From the NCBI GenBank assembly GCA_949373095.1, contig CASIBY010000007.1, positions 20,087-84,086 on the forward strand: a DNA stretch of 64,000 bases. Direction: 5' to 3'. This stretch comes from Candidatus Poseidoniaceae archaeon. Lineage in GTDB: Archaea; Thermoplasmatota; Poseidoniia; Poseidoniales; Poseidoniaceae. Position numbers and translations under genes: made by a program. Of the stretch, positions 10,015 through 19,870 are shown piece by piece. The first letter of the stretch is position 1. Each line of letters begins with the position of its first letter. The notes beneath the pieces are model-generated. The model was not told the DNA's origin. It did no database searches and saw only the letters and a list, made by a program, of their open reading frames with translations.

Positions 10015-11135
10015 AAAAACGGAGGGCGGACCACAACGGCTCGTACCGATTTGCGCGGGCTCGCAACGATGAGAACTTCATCTCCTTCCTTGACTCCATG
10101 TAGATAGCCGATACCAATCCCGAGGTTGTCTAGGCTAGGGGCTGGAGCTCCAGATGTGAGCCGGCCTACGGATTCACCTGATTCAAGAACGACTTCCTTT
10201 CCTGGACGAGGGAGAGGGCCCTTCTCGACATATTGCACACCCCACCAACGTGCATCATCTGCTGCATGGCCTACAACGCGTTGGCGTCCGATGAATTCAT
10301 GTTCAAGGTCCAGGCCAAATGGGACATTTGTTTCCCATGAATCCCTAGCGAGGAACGATGGGTCAGCCTCTTCGCTAAGCGGCGGCCAACAAAAATCCAC
10401 ACCGGAAAGGAGGAACCCTTTCTCCAGCCTCAAAGTATCACGGGCTCCTAGTCCGACTGGTGTTGCGCCAGATGCAATCAATGCCCTCCAAAGAACAGGT
10501 GCAGCTTCGTTTGGAATGAAAATCTCATATCCTGCCTCCCCTGTATAACCTGTACCTTGAATCCAGCCTGAAATCCCTAATGGATTCTCAGTTAATTCTC
10601 GCCATTTGAACCGAGCAGCATGTTGGTCGTCACCCATGACTGAAGCGAATATTTCTCTGGCCTTTGGGCCCTGAAAGGCTAAAATTGACATTTCATCAGA
10701 AAGATTCTCTAGAACTACCGAACCGTCTTCAGGGAGGTGTTTGGAAAACCAATTCCACATCACATCAATCATTGAAGCGTTGGGAACTCCAAGAAGTTCA
10801 GTCTCACTTACGACTGCGAAAATCATGTCGTCAATCAGGTGACCGTTATCGTCGAGAAAGTGAGTATAGGCGCATCGAGATGGCGTGATAGCAGTCACAC
10901 GCTGCGTAGCCAAACTTTCAAGCCATTCACGCACGTGGTCTCCTTTGAACCTGAATGAACCCATGTGTGACACATCAAATAAACCGGCAGAGCGACGGGT
11001 TTCAAGGTGCTCTTCTTTGATGTTGGAATACCAAATTGGTAGTTCAAAACCATGGAAGTCAACCATGTTTGCTTCAAGTGCGAGGTGTTCATCAAAGAGG
11101 GCGGTCCTTACAGGTGGTTGGTCGCTCATAGCCAT
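10011..11135 (-). CDS. gcvT: Glycine cleavage system T protein (aminomethyltransferase)
   Basis: GLFDVSHMG, TGYTGEAGYEI and GLGARDTLRLEKG. Confidence 0.93.
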   Translation of the reverse strand: MAMSDQPPVRTALFDEHLALEANMVDFHGFELPIWYSNIKEEHLETRRSAGLFDVSHMGSFRFKGDHVREWLESLATQRVTAITPSRCAYTHFLDDNGHLIDDMIFAVVSETELLGVPNASMIDVMWNWFSKHLPEDGSVVLENLSDEMSILAFQGPKAREIFASVMGDDQHAARFKWRELTENPLGISGWIQGTGYTGEAGYEIFIPNEAAPVLWRALIASGATPVGLGARDTLRLEKGFLLSGVDFCWPPLSEEADPSFLARDSWETNVPFGLDLEHEFIGRQRVVGHAADDARWWGVQYVEKGPLPRPGKEVVLESGESVGRLTSGAPAPSLDNLGIGIGYLHGVKEGDEVLIVASPRKSVRAVVVRPPFF

Positions 11136-11176
11136 CCGAAATCGGCCCGCCAAATAAACATCGGTTCAGTATTCCA

Positions 11177-12607
11177 TCAATTCATTGAAGGCAAACCACG
11201 CAGGATTTCATCCCCATGACGTAGAATTGCCGCAACCAATCTATCAAGACTATCAGTGGTTACATTTTGATTTGAAATGACTGGACGAAGAATAACATCG
11301 TCACCAATATTGCTCCGGCTCACCATAAACTGACCTTCTTGAATCAGGCGATTTCTCAGTTCTCCATTGAGTTCGTTAAGGTCCATATCCGTGTCTGATG
11401 GAGCATATCTAAAACAGACATTAGTCCACATACGAGAGGACATAAGTTCCAACGAAGGATGAGCGTTGACTGAGGATTCAAGATGTGCTGCATGGTCCAT
11501 ATACTGGTCTACCATGTTCGACCAACCAGCATCTCCACGTACTCTCCATTCAAGCCATAATTTGAGTGCATCGTTACGCCTGCCGCATTGAAGCGAATAG
11601 CGTCCCAAGTCATCATACTCAGCATCATCCAAAAAGAGATAGTGAGCAACATTAGCATGGCCGCACAAGGTCCGGAGAACTTGAGGCTTCTTGATGAGGA
11701 AGGTACTACAGATCAAAGGCAAGCCCATCATTTTGTGAGCGTCCCAACAGATACTGTCTGCCTTTTGGATTCCATCCATGAGGGTGCGATGAGTGGGGGA
11801 AAACATGCAGGTTCCGCCCCAGGCTGCGTCTACATGGAACCATAGATTGTGTTCGTGGGCAATGTCTGCAATATCGTTGAGCGGGTCAAATGCACCTCTT
11901 ACGGTAGTCCCAGAGGTTGCGACAACACAAAACGGAGTTCTTCCTTCTTTGATTGTGAATTCTATTTCCTCCCGCAGGCTTTCAGGTCGCATTCGCCCGT
12001 CTTCATCGCAACGCACCTTAATCACATTCTGATGACCAATTCCAATGACATTTGCCGCCATTAGTACTGAATAGTGAGATTCAGCAGAGACGAACGCAAC
12101 CATCTTACTTCCATCAAAGCCAGTTTTGGTTGAACCCGGAATCGCATGCTCCCGAGCGCAAAGCATACCGATCATATTCCCGTTAGAGCCCCCTGTCGTC
12201 AGGGTTCCAAATCCATCAGGGAAGCCCACAATCTCGCACATTCTTTTCAGAACTGTTTGCTCGATGAGGGTGGCGATGGGTGATAGTTCAAACGTATACA
12301 TGGAATTGTTTGTAGCGGCTGCGATGATTTCGCCAGCCAGTGCAGGCAATGATAATCCACCCCAAAGTGGATTCATGAATTCTGCCCTGTGGGTCTTTAC
12401 GCTGTTTGCGATGAAGGTATCCAGGTCGTCAAGCACAGTATCCATACCTAGACCTTCGAGAGGAACTGCAACATCTAACACTCGCTTGAGCGATGCTGCT
12501 CCTTGAGCGGGATTAACCCGTTCGTTTTCATCTTTAGAATCGATATAATGGACCAAGCGACTCGCTATTTCGTTAATGAACGCCTCAGTATCCATGTTGG
12601 TCCCCAT
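11177..12607 (-). CDS. Group II PLP-dependent decarboxylase (glutamate/cysteine-sulfinate decarboxylase-like)
   Basis: GTTVRGAFDP, HVDAAWGG, PLP lysine in DAHKM, QCGRRNDALKLW. Confidence 0.88.
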   Translation of the reverse strand: MGTNMDTEAFINEIASRLVHYIDSKDENERVNPAQGAASLKRVLDVAVPLEGLGMDTVLDDLDTFIANSVKTHRAEFMNPLWGGLSLPALAGEIIAAATNNSMYTFELSPIATLIEQTVLKRMCEIVGFPDGFGTLTTGGSNGNMIGMLCAREHAIPGSTKTGFDGSKMVAFVSAESHYSVLMAANVIGIGHQNVIKVRCDEDGRMRPESLREEIEFTIKEGRTPFCVVATSGTTVRGAFDPLNDIADIAHEHNLWFHVDAAWGGTCMFSPTHRTLMDGIQKADSICWDAHKMMGLPLICSTFLIKKPQVLRTLCGHANVAHYLFLDDAEYDDLGRYSLQCGRRNDALKLWLEWRVRGDAGWSNMVDQYMDHAAHLESSVNAHPSLELMSSRMWTNVCFRYAPSDTDMDLNELNGELRNRLIQEGQFMVSRSNIGDDVILRPVISNQNVTTDSLDRLVAAILRHGDEILRGLPSMN

Positions 12608-13010
12608 GCTACTGGCATCACTGGAGACTTATGAGGCTGATTGTGAAACTGGTTCAAAATAGTGTGGAAATATTCCTATTGCACGTGGTAATCCACTTGA
12701 AATCGGGGTTTTCCAAACCAACTCACGGGAGGGGATACTCTTTATGGCTAATTTAGCATTCATTATGAATAAAAGACCCATAGGATACGAATAGAGCAAT
12801 GCTAATTTGATAAAACCTATCCGATCCTAACTGGAAATAAGGGCCATCCATGATTGAATTCAACTGACAGTAAATCAAACATCAGTCGTTATGATTCACA
12901 AGTTATTTGGACAAATATCATCGGATTTGACAATCTTTTGAAGTCTTTCTCAATTCACATTGCATATTATTTCAGCAAGTTTGAATAAAGAAGACGTATT
13001 GGGAGAGAAC
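12608..13010. promoter_or_regulatory. AT-rich divergent intergenic region with ORB-like boxes and several palindromes
   Basis: About 400 bp non-coding; TCCACTTGAAATCGGGG (12692-12708), CTAACTGGAAATAAGGG (12827-12843); palindromes at 12747-12770 and 12854-12863. Confidence 0.45.
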
Positions 13011-13871
13011 ATGCTGGGCACAATTGGGAACAAATGGCTGGACCGACTCCATCAACAACTTGCGAAAGAACTCCGTGCTAACGGATGGTCACAAATGGAG
13101 ATCGCAAAAGCCACAGGATCGACCCAGAGCACGGTATCTCGTCAAATCACCAAAGTAGCTCTGGAACTTGGGGCTACCGCTGATGAGGCCACCATAGACG
13201 GATGGGCGCAAGAACTTGCACATTCAATGACCCAGATGGGGAAAGAATCCGAAGTAATTCGTCAGCGACTAATCATTGAATTCCAATTCACAGGAAACCA
13301 AAATATTCGTTATGACAAAACGCTTACCGGGATGAACCTAGACGCTGATCAAGCATCTGGAGCCATATTAAGGAGACTTGAGTGGTCTGCTGGACGATTG
13401 GATTTGAAACGACTTTCATCCTACATGCCGGCCGTTGGAATGAATATGGCGGCCTGCACAAATCAAGCAACTACAATTGAAGAGGTTGCTGCATATCCTG
13501 GACGGATGACTGTTGTTGAAGGAGTATTGCGAAGACATGAAACACCAGTATTTGGAGCCTCAAATCATCTAGCAAATCTCCTCATGCGTGTGCGTGACGT
13601 TGACAGCAGTAAAACTGCAATTCTGAATTTGCGCCCCCCTATGGTTGATGGAATGGTAGACCAGGGCGACCTTGATTACATTTCTGATGAACTCGGGTTT
13701 GAATTGGGATTAGCACCAAAAGGAGAATTGCAAGACCAACAAGGAACCCTTGACATCCTCATTGATGAAGGTGCTTTTGGCTGGGAGCCATCATTGTACA
13801 TCCTAGCAACAACTACGACAGAGCTCGTGGAACGTTGCCACGTCATCATTGACGCTATGAACACGGAGTGA
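13011..13871 (+). CDS. thiR: ThiR-like regulator (N-terminal HTH plus ThiN thiamine-phosphate synthase-like domain)
   Basis: HTH GWSQMEIAKATGSTQSTVSR; ThiN-like PAVGMN, VAAYPGR, FGASNHLA and DEGAFGWEP; directly upstream of the thiamine ABC genes. Confidence 0.8.
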   Translation: MLGTIGNKWLDRLHQQLAKELRANGWSQMEIAKATGSTQSTVSRQITKVALELGATADEATIDGWAQELAHSMTQMGKESEVIRQRLIIEFQFTGNQNIRYDKTLTGMNLDADQASGAILRRLEWSAGRLDLKRLSSYMPAVGMNMAACTNQATTIEEVAAYPGRMTVVEGVLRRHETPVFGASNHLANLLMRVRDVDSSKTAILNLRPPMVDGMVDQGDLDYISDELGFELGLAPKGELQDQQGTLDILIDEGAFGWEPSLYILATTTTELVERCHVIIDAMNTE

Positions 13872-13877
13872 ACTGAC

Positions 13878-14996
13878 ATGAAATCACGTGTATTGCCCTT
13901 GATGCTACTGCTCTTGTTCGCCCCATTGAGTGGATGCTTGGAACCTGCAACAAACACTAATGACGGTTGTACGGTCCTAGAAACAAGTACCTCAAATTCA
14001 TCAACAGTTCGAATCCTAACATATGATATCACTGCCTTTTCTCAGTCCATGCTTGATGAATTTACCAATAGTACCGGTTACGAGGTAGAACTCATTCGTG
14101 CCGATGATGCTGGAGGAATTCTTGAACAAATGTTGCAAACCCAAGGAACCCCGCAATCGGATTTGGCTGTTGGGCTCGACAATACCTATCTTCAGACTGC
14201 CCTTGACTTTTGCCTGCTTCAACCTCACTCAACAGTAGCTCCATCGCTTGATTCGTCAGCCATGGAACCGTATTCCGGTACGTACGCTCTGCCCTTTGAC
14301 CAGGGAGACGTATGCCTCAATGTAGATGAAAATGGTCTAAACGAAACCGAGCGAACATTCCCTGAAGATTTGTGGGAACTTACCGGTCCAGAGTGGAACG
14401 GTAAAACCTCCTTTCCATCCCCCGTAACCTCTTCGCCAGGCAGGGCGTTCATGATTGCCACAATAGACTACTTTGAACATGATGAGAACGAAACTACCAA
14501 TGCTTTTGATTGGTGGAAAGCCATGGCTGACAATGATGCACGTTTCACTTCAGGCTGGACTGAGGCATATGAGATTCACTATTCTGGAGGATACGGTGAA
14601 TGGACTGAGGGCCATATTGGTGACTCGCTCCTCACTGTATCATATTGTCATTCCCCTGGAGTTGAAGCATACTTCAGCGGCAACAGCACCCACTCCACCT
14701 CAATTACCCTTGAGCGCTCCACCTTCCACCAAGTTGAATACGCAGCCCTAACAAACGGAGCCACTAATGTCAACGGAGCCAATGCCTTCCTTGACTATCT
14801 TCTTTCTGAAGATGTCAATCGTAACATGCCTGAAAACAATTTGATGCTCTCTGTCCTCCAAAACCCGACCTTCCCCGATACTGATGGTTACAGTTGGCAC
14901 ACAGACACACCCACAATGAATGCAAATGTCTCGATGGAACAGATAGCTCAAGACATGGAAACCTGGCTGAGTCAATGGCAGACCGCAACCCAGTGA
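13878..14996 (+). CDS. thiB: Thiamine ABC transporter substrate-binding lipoprotein
   Basis: Lipobox-like LSGC; LTYD, GLDN, TSSPGRAF, GWTEAY, SYCHSP and QVEYA motifs. Confidence 0.85.
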   Translation: MKSRVLPLMLLLLFAPLSGCLEPATNTNDGCTVLETSTSNSSTVRILTYDITAFSQSMLDEFTNSTGYEVELIRADDAGGILEQMLQTQGTPQSDLAVGLDNTYLQTALDFCLLQPHSTVAPSLDSSAMEPYSGTYALPFDQGDVCLNVDENGLNETERTFPEDLWELTGPEWNGKTSFPSPVTSSPGRAFMIATIDYFEHDENETTNAFDWWKAMADNDARFTSGWTEAYEIHYSGGYGEWTEGHIGDSLLTVSYCHSPGVEAYFSGNSTHSTSITLERSTFHQVEYAALTNGATNVNGANAFLDYLLSEDVNRNMPENNLMLSVLQNPTFPDTDGYSWHTDTPTMNANVSMEQIAQDMETWLSQWQTATQ

Positions 14997-15005
14997 GATG
15001 AACCT

Positions 15006-16778
15006 ATGGCGTTGAAGCAACGCAATACTGTCAAAGCTAATGCAATCCATACTGCTCAATGGCTTACTCTAATTTGTGTCATTGTTATTGGAACCGTGCC
15101 CCTAGTTCTCGCTATCCTTCGCCTCTGGAGCGTAACACAAGTCTCCCCCTTGGAGGCGTTACGCCAATTCCCAGAGCAAATCGGTGCGATGGATGCACTC
15201 CGCTTCACCCTCATCGAGGCACTTCTATCAACGATCCTCACTGTCGTTCTTGGCCTCCCCGTTGCATGGTCCTTGGGACGATATCAGTGGCGAGGGATTC
15301 GTTCAAAGCGAGCCCTGTTCTATCTTCCTTTTGTCACTCCACCGATTGTCGCTGCAGCTGGTTTCCTCGCTCTAATCTCACCAGGTGGGCTCTTCAGTTC
15401 ATTTGGATTAGACTTACGGGGCGAAACTGGATTCATTGGTTGGCTTGCCGAAACCACCGGATGGCAACACCCAGGACACATGATCGCTCTTATCCTCGCA
15501 CATGCTTGGTTCAATCTATCACTGATGATTCGCTTTGTTGAACCCGTCATCGCTCAACTCAATCCAACATGGGAGGAGCAACTTATGATGCTCCCAAAAG
15601 GCCAATCCGCTTCGGGGCGTTTACGCCATCTCTGGTTGCCCGTTCTTGGACCTAGTGTGGCTGTTGCTGCAACGTATGCATTCTTTTTCTCTTTCACTTC
15701 TTTCGCACTGGTCAAATGGTTAACACCCGACTTCAACACACTCGAATCATTGCTTGCAGACCTTGGAGGGTCAGCGGGCATCTACAATTACAGAGTTGAT
15801 ACGAGTCTTGGCGTACTGGCAATTGCTGGATTACAAGCTCTTCTAATGCTAACACTCCTCGCTGGTGCGGGTTTCCTTGAGCGAAAACATACCATGACGA
15901 TTTCAATTCACGAGGAGCATACAAACCGCAAGAAACGTGGAACTCCTCCATTGAAGTTACGATTCGTCGTCTATTCATTGCTAGTTGCGAGTATGCTTCC
16001 CTTCGTCTCTGTCGTCGTTGCGTCGTTTAGAAAACGGGGGACCTCGCAGAACGGCACGACCGAATTTAATTGGACGCTTGAGGGATGGCATCGTGCTTGG
16101 GCGGGAGACTCCTCAACGCTTACACTCCTAGAAGCGCTTCAAAATTCGCTTGCCTACGCAGGCCTTACATTGGTGATTGCTCTTCCAATCGGCTACGTTC
16201 TTGCATCCATGTTTCACCGACTTGAAAAAAGCGGAAAGAAACGTTTGGCTTCAATTCTTGACACACTCTGTATGATTCCCCTCTCTGCCTCGGCAGTAAT
16301 GATTGGACTTGGGGTTGTTCTTGGCCTCCTGAGATGGTATCCTGAACTCTTCATGTACCGCTACTTACCAGTGTTGCCTCACGTGATGTTGGTCTTACCT
16401 TTCCTTGTCCGAATGCTACGTCCTGCATTTTCAAGAATTGAACCAGCCTTTGAGGAGCAAGTACGTCTTCTCAGCCTCCCTCCTCTCCAATCATGGTGGC
16501 ATAGCAAAGGAGCCTCAATGGTGGCGCCACTTACAATGGCGGCATCACTCTGTCTGGCCTTTTCACTTGGGGAATTTGGAGCGACTTACCTCCTAATCCG
16601 AGTAGGTTCATGGGATTCGCTATCAATTATGGTCGACCAGTTGCTAGGTCGGCCCAAATTCGACCCACTCATTATGCCTACAGCAATGGCTGTTGCAGCC
16701 TCATTAATGCTAACAACTTTGTTCGTATTATGGCTGAGTGAACAATTTCGAATGAAGCATGGTGATGCAAATGATTGA
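15006..16778 (+). CDS. thiP: Thiamine ABC transporter permease (two TM domains)
   Basis: LPFVTP, LAHAWFN, FSFTSF and AFSLGEFGAT motifs; operon context. Confidence 0.82.
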   Translation: MALKQRNTVKANAIHTAQWLTLICVIVIGTVPLVLAILRLWSVTQVSPLEALRQFPEQIGAMDALRFTLIEALLSTILTVVLGLPVAWSLGRYQWRGIRSKRALFYLPFVTPPIVAAAGFLALISPGGLFSSFGLDLRGETGFIGWLAETTGWQHPGHMIALILAHAWFNLSLMIRFVEPVIAQLNPTWEEQLMMLPKGQSASGRLRHLWLPVLGPSVAVAATYAFFFSFTSFALVKWLTPDFNTLESLLADLGGSAGIYNYRVDTSLGVLAIAGLQALLMLTLLAGAGFLERKHTMTISIHEEHTNRKKRGTPPLKLRFVVYSLLVASMLPFVSVVVASFRKRGTSQNGTTEFNWTLEGWHRAWAGDSSTLTLLEALQNSLAYAGLTLVIALPIGYVLASMFHRLEKSGKKRLASILDTLCMIPLSASAVMIGLGVVLGLLRWYPELFMYRYLPVLPHVMLVLPFLVRMLRPAFSRIEPAFEEQVRLLSLPPLQSWWHSKGASMVAPLTMAASLCLAFSLGEFGATYLLIRVGSWDSLSIMVDQLLGRPKFDPLIMPTAMAVAASLMLTTLFVLWLSEQFRMKHGDAND

Positions 16779-17457
16779 ACTAAAGAATTTGACAAAAACA
16801 TACGATGAACGAACCCTGTTTGACGGGCTGAACCTTCGCTGTGAGGAAGGAGAGATCGTCTCTATACTCGGCCCTAGTGGTTGTGGAAAGAGCACCTTAT
16901 TGCGTATTTGTTGCGGCTTGATTGAGGCCGATGCTGGTGAACGTTGGACCAATGATGGCCTTATTGAAAACGGTGTGATTTCACCAGCAATCGCCATGCT
17001 ATTTCAGCAACCGGTTCTATTCCCCCACCTCAATGTTGGAAGGAATATAGGGCTTGGGGGGGGAAACGAGATGTCCAAAGATGAACTCAGCAGACAAGTC
17101 TCAGCAGTATTGAATTTTGTAGACATGCCCGGGACTGAAGGAAAAAACATTACAACATTATCTGGTGGTGAGGCACAACGTGTTGCTTTTGCACGTGCAT
17201 TATTACAATCACCAGACATTATGTTACTCGATGAGCCCTTTGCATCTCTTGGTTTGGAGCAACGACACCGGCTGGCACGAGATACACGAAAGCGTTTGAA
17301 ATCTCGGGGCATTACAACCATTCATGTCACCCATGATGAAGATGAAGCAGGGATATTGGCAGACCGTGTGATTTCTTGGAAAGAACTTCATTCATCATCC
17401 CAAACCATACCAACTCCTATGAAGGAGGATGGACAACCAATGGATAGTGAGGAATGA
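16771..17457 (+). CDS. thiQ: Thiamine ABC transporter ATPase
   Basis: Walker A GPSGCGKST, LSGGEAQR, LLDEPF and H-loop VTHD. Confidence 0.82.
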   Translation: MIELKNLTKTYDERTLFDGLNLRCEEGEIVSILGPSGCGKSTLLRICCGLIEADAGERWTNDGLIENGVISPAIAMLFQQPVLFPHLNVGRNIGLGGGNEMSKDELSRQVSAVLNFVDMPGTEGKNITTLSGGEAQRVAFARALLQSPDIMLLDEPFASLGLEQRHRLARDTRKRLKSRGITTIHVTHDEDEAGILADRVISWKELHSSSQTIPTPMKEDGQPMDSEE

Positions 17458-17978
17458 TGATAGGAACACCGGCTGATATCATCAAGTACACACGCGCTGT
17501 ACAAATCCTTCTCAACGGATACGGCGGGTATAAGAAAGGAAAACGAGTTGAAACTGACAAACAAATCCGAGATGAAATCGTTCTTACTACGATTCGTGTA
17601 CGGCAACACATGCAAAACATTCACGACCGATCGGTAGATGATGATGACTTGAAAATTGTGCGAAATGCACGGGCATGCATGCAAGAGATTGATGCGCTCA
17701 TCGAGGATGTTGACAAATCTTCATCTGGAACCCAAAATGCATTCTTTTCGGGCCAACGAACGGTCTCAAATAAGGATTTGAAAGCATTGATCGTTCACGA
17801 CCATGAAGTGATTGAAATGGTTACAAACGCAGTTAATCTTTCAAACGACTCTGAACGAGCACAACAACAAGGAAGCGATGAACTGACATCGGTCATTCAG
17901 CGCTGCCAGCAAATGATTTCAAGCTGTAGAGGGTTCTACAGCCAACGTTCAACACTCTTGAATGGACTCAACAGTTAG
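17454..17978 (+). CDS. Hypothetical helical protein, SPFH-associated
   Basis: ATGA coupling to thiQ; GYGGYKKGKRVETDKQIR motif. Confidence 0.7.
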   Translation: MMIGTPADIIKYTRAVQILLNGYGGYKKGKRVETDKQIRDEIVLTTIRVRQHMQNIHDRSVDDDDLKIVRNARACMQEIDALIEDVDKSSSGTQNAFFSGQRTVSNKDLKALIVHDHEVIEMVTNAVNLSNDSERAQQQGSDELTSVIQRCQQMISSCRGFYSQRSTLLNGLNS

Positions 17979-17988
17979 AGGGGATATT

Positions 17989-19137
17989 ATGACGACATTT
18001 AGATGGAGAGACAGCCCAGAAACAATTGCACGCTTAGTGAAAACCGAGACCATTAAGACTTGGAAAACAAGTGATGTAACTCTCAATCCTAACGAAGCAT
18101 GTGCCTTCATTGAAGACGGTAAGATTGGAGATGTTCTAAGCGAGGAAGTCGTTCGCAACATCGGCGGCGGATTCGCTCGGTTCATGGGAGATTTTCTCGG
18201 ACGGAAGGCTAAGGACCGCCGTATGCTCTTTGCGATGACGGGACCAATGGACATCAGCGTACCGTTTATTCATCCACTTGGGGACGGGCAAACTGCGAAA
18301 GGTGTAGCGCAATTCCGACTGCAAATTCGCAAGGGTGATATCCCCAAGCTGCTCAATCTCTTCGCCAATCGGTCACCGGTTCTTGACCGCGTCAACCTAT
18401 CTCTTATCATCGGACAAGAAGCGTCTCACCGTGTAATAGCTCCAAGCCTTTCATCAGTTGAAACGCTTCAACAACTGAGGGGATTTGAACTTCAAGAGAG
18501 GTTTCAAATGCGCAGCGACAAGGAACTTCGTCCGCTTCTCCAGGCCATGGGGTTGACCATGCTAAGCGCCATGCTAATTACCCATCAAACAGACCTCGAG
18601 CGTCTTTCTGCACTCCAACATAGCCTAAGAGCGGCGACGGATACAGAAGGCGCCCAAGCCGAAGCCGAGGTTCAACGACTTGCTCACCGTGAATCGGTGA
18701 CTCTACGACGTATCGAATGTGAGATGAACATTCAACGTGGAAAGGCAAAGGGTCAAGTTATGATTGAAGTTGAGCAAGAACTCCATGAGTTACGGAAACA
18801 GGAAGCCGTATGGGAAGCAGAATTGAAACGGGACCATGCACGAGCAGAACTTGATGCGAAGAAAATGGAAGACAAGACGGCCGTAGCCATGTCTTTGTTC
18901 AATGAAGTCCAAGAACGGAAAAAAGATCGAATGAAAACTTCCAATGACCTCCAAGAATCCATGATGCGTCTTGCTGCTGAGAACGGCGCTCTAACACCTG
19001 AAGTGATGCAAGAATTCCTCCGTCAACAGGGTGGACAAGCACCCCCTGCAGTACCTCACCCTTGCCCTTCATGCCAGCAAATCGTCCAGCCCGAATGGAA
19101 TGTTTGCCCGCACTGTGGAGCAGGACAACAAGGGTGA
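17989..19137 (+). CDS. SPFH/band-7-like protein with coiled coil and C-terminal zinc ribbon
   Basis: N-terminal NEACAFIEDGK beta-motif, long Glu/Ala/Arg coiled coil, CPSC-x10-CPHCG. Confidence 0.65.
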   Translation: MTTFRWRDSPETIARLVKTETIKTWKTSDVTLNPNEACAFIEDGKIGDVLSEEVVRNIGGGFARFMGDFLGRKAKDRRMLFAMTGPMDISVPFIHPLGDGQTAKGVAQFRLQIRKGDIPKLLNLFANRSPVLDRVNLSLIIGQEASHRVIAPSLSSVETLQQLRGFELQERFQMRSDKELRPLLQAMGLTMLSAMLITHQTDLERLSALQHSLRAATDTEGAQAEAEVQRLAHRESVTLRRIECEMNIQRGKAKGQVMIEVEQELHELRKQEAVWEAELKRDHARAELDAKKMEDKTAVAMSLFNEVQERKKDRMKTSNDLQESMMRLAAENGALTPEVMQEFLRQQGGQAPPAVPHPCPSCQQIVQPEWNVCPHCGAGQQG

Positions 19138-19141
19138 GGCC

Positions 19142-19870
19142 GTGGTAAAGGGCGTAGCCACATCATCGTGGGTCATTCTCAAGAGATGGTTTCCAAACTA
19201 TTCCTCATGGTCACGGCCCCGAACTGCTTTGTTTCTACTTTGTATCTATCTCTTAACAGCAGCCACTCCGTACATTCTCACGAATCAGATTGCGGCCTGG
19301 AGGGATGTCTCTCTGTTCAATCCTGAAAATTTCATTGATGACATGATACCCTATATGCCTTGGACCATCGTGTTCTACTTTTCTTTCTACCTTTACTTCC
19401 CCATCGTTGCCTGGTACGGTTCTGGAGAAGGGGAACGAAGATTAGAGGGATTTATGTTCCACATTTACCTAACACTTTCCACATGGTTGGCTTGTGTTTT
19501 GTTCATTGCCACCCCCGTGAAAGTGAATCTGCGCCATCAAGTCAGCTTTGGTGATGGTCTCTTTGATCCATTTCTCGCGTCGCTTCACGATGCCGACCCA
19601 CCGTTCAATTCATGGCCGTCTCTCCATGTATTTCAGAGTCTACTCATCATCCTTGTCATGCGTCGATGGATGATGAAGGACAAAAAGTGGACCAAAATTC
19701 ATTCAATCATCGTTGGAATATGTTGGAGCCTTCTGGTCCTCTCGACCATGGGGATCAAGCAGCATTACATGTTTGACGCCGTAACCGGCATAATGTTTGC
19801 AATCGGTGCGTGGTACTTTTGTGTTCGAAGACTCAACCAAGCAAAGCGCCCACTGATTGAGGGTTTGTGA
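19142..19870 (+). CDS. PAP2-superfamily (Aur1/IPC-synthase-like) membrane protein
   Basis: DPPFNSWPSLHV and KQHYMFD catalytic motifs; GTG start with GGTGA upstream (start uncertain). Confidence 0.8.
   Translation: MVKGVATSSWVILKRWFPNYSSWSRPRTALFLLCIYLLTAATPYILTNQIAAWRDVSLFNPENFIDDMIPYMPWTIVFYFSFYLYFPIVAWYGSGEGERRLEGFMFHIYLTLSTWLACVLFIATPVKVNLRHQVSFGDGLFDPFLASLHDADPPFNSWPSLHVFQSLLIILVMRRWMMKDKKWTKIHSIIVGICWSLLVLSTMGIKQHYMFDAVTGIMFAIGAWYFCVRRLNQAKRPLIEGL

Noticed and set aside
12608-13010. TPP riboswitch upstream of the thiamine operon
   Set aside because: The conserved CTGAGA and ACCTGA core elements are not present.
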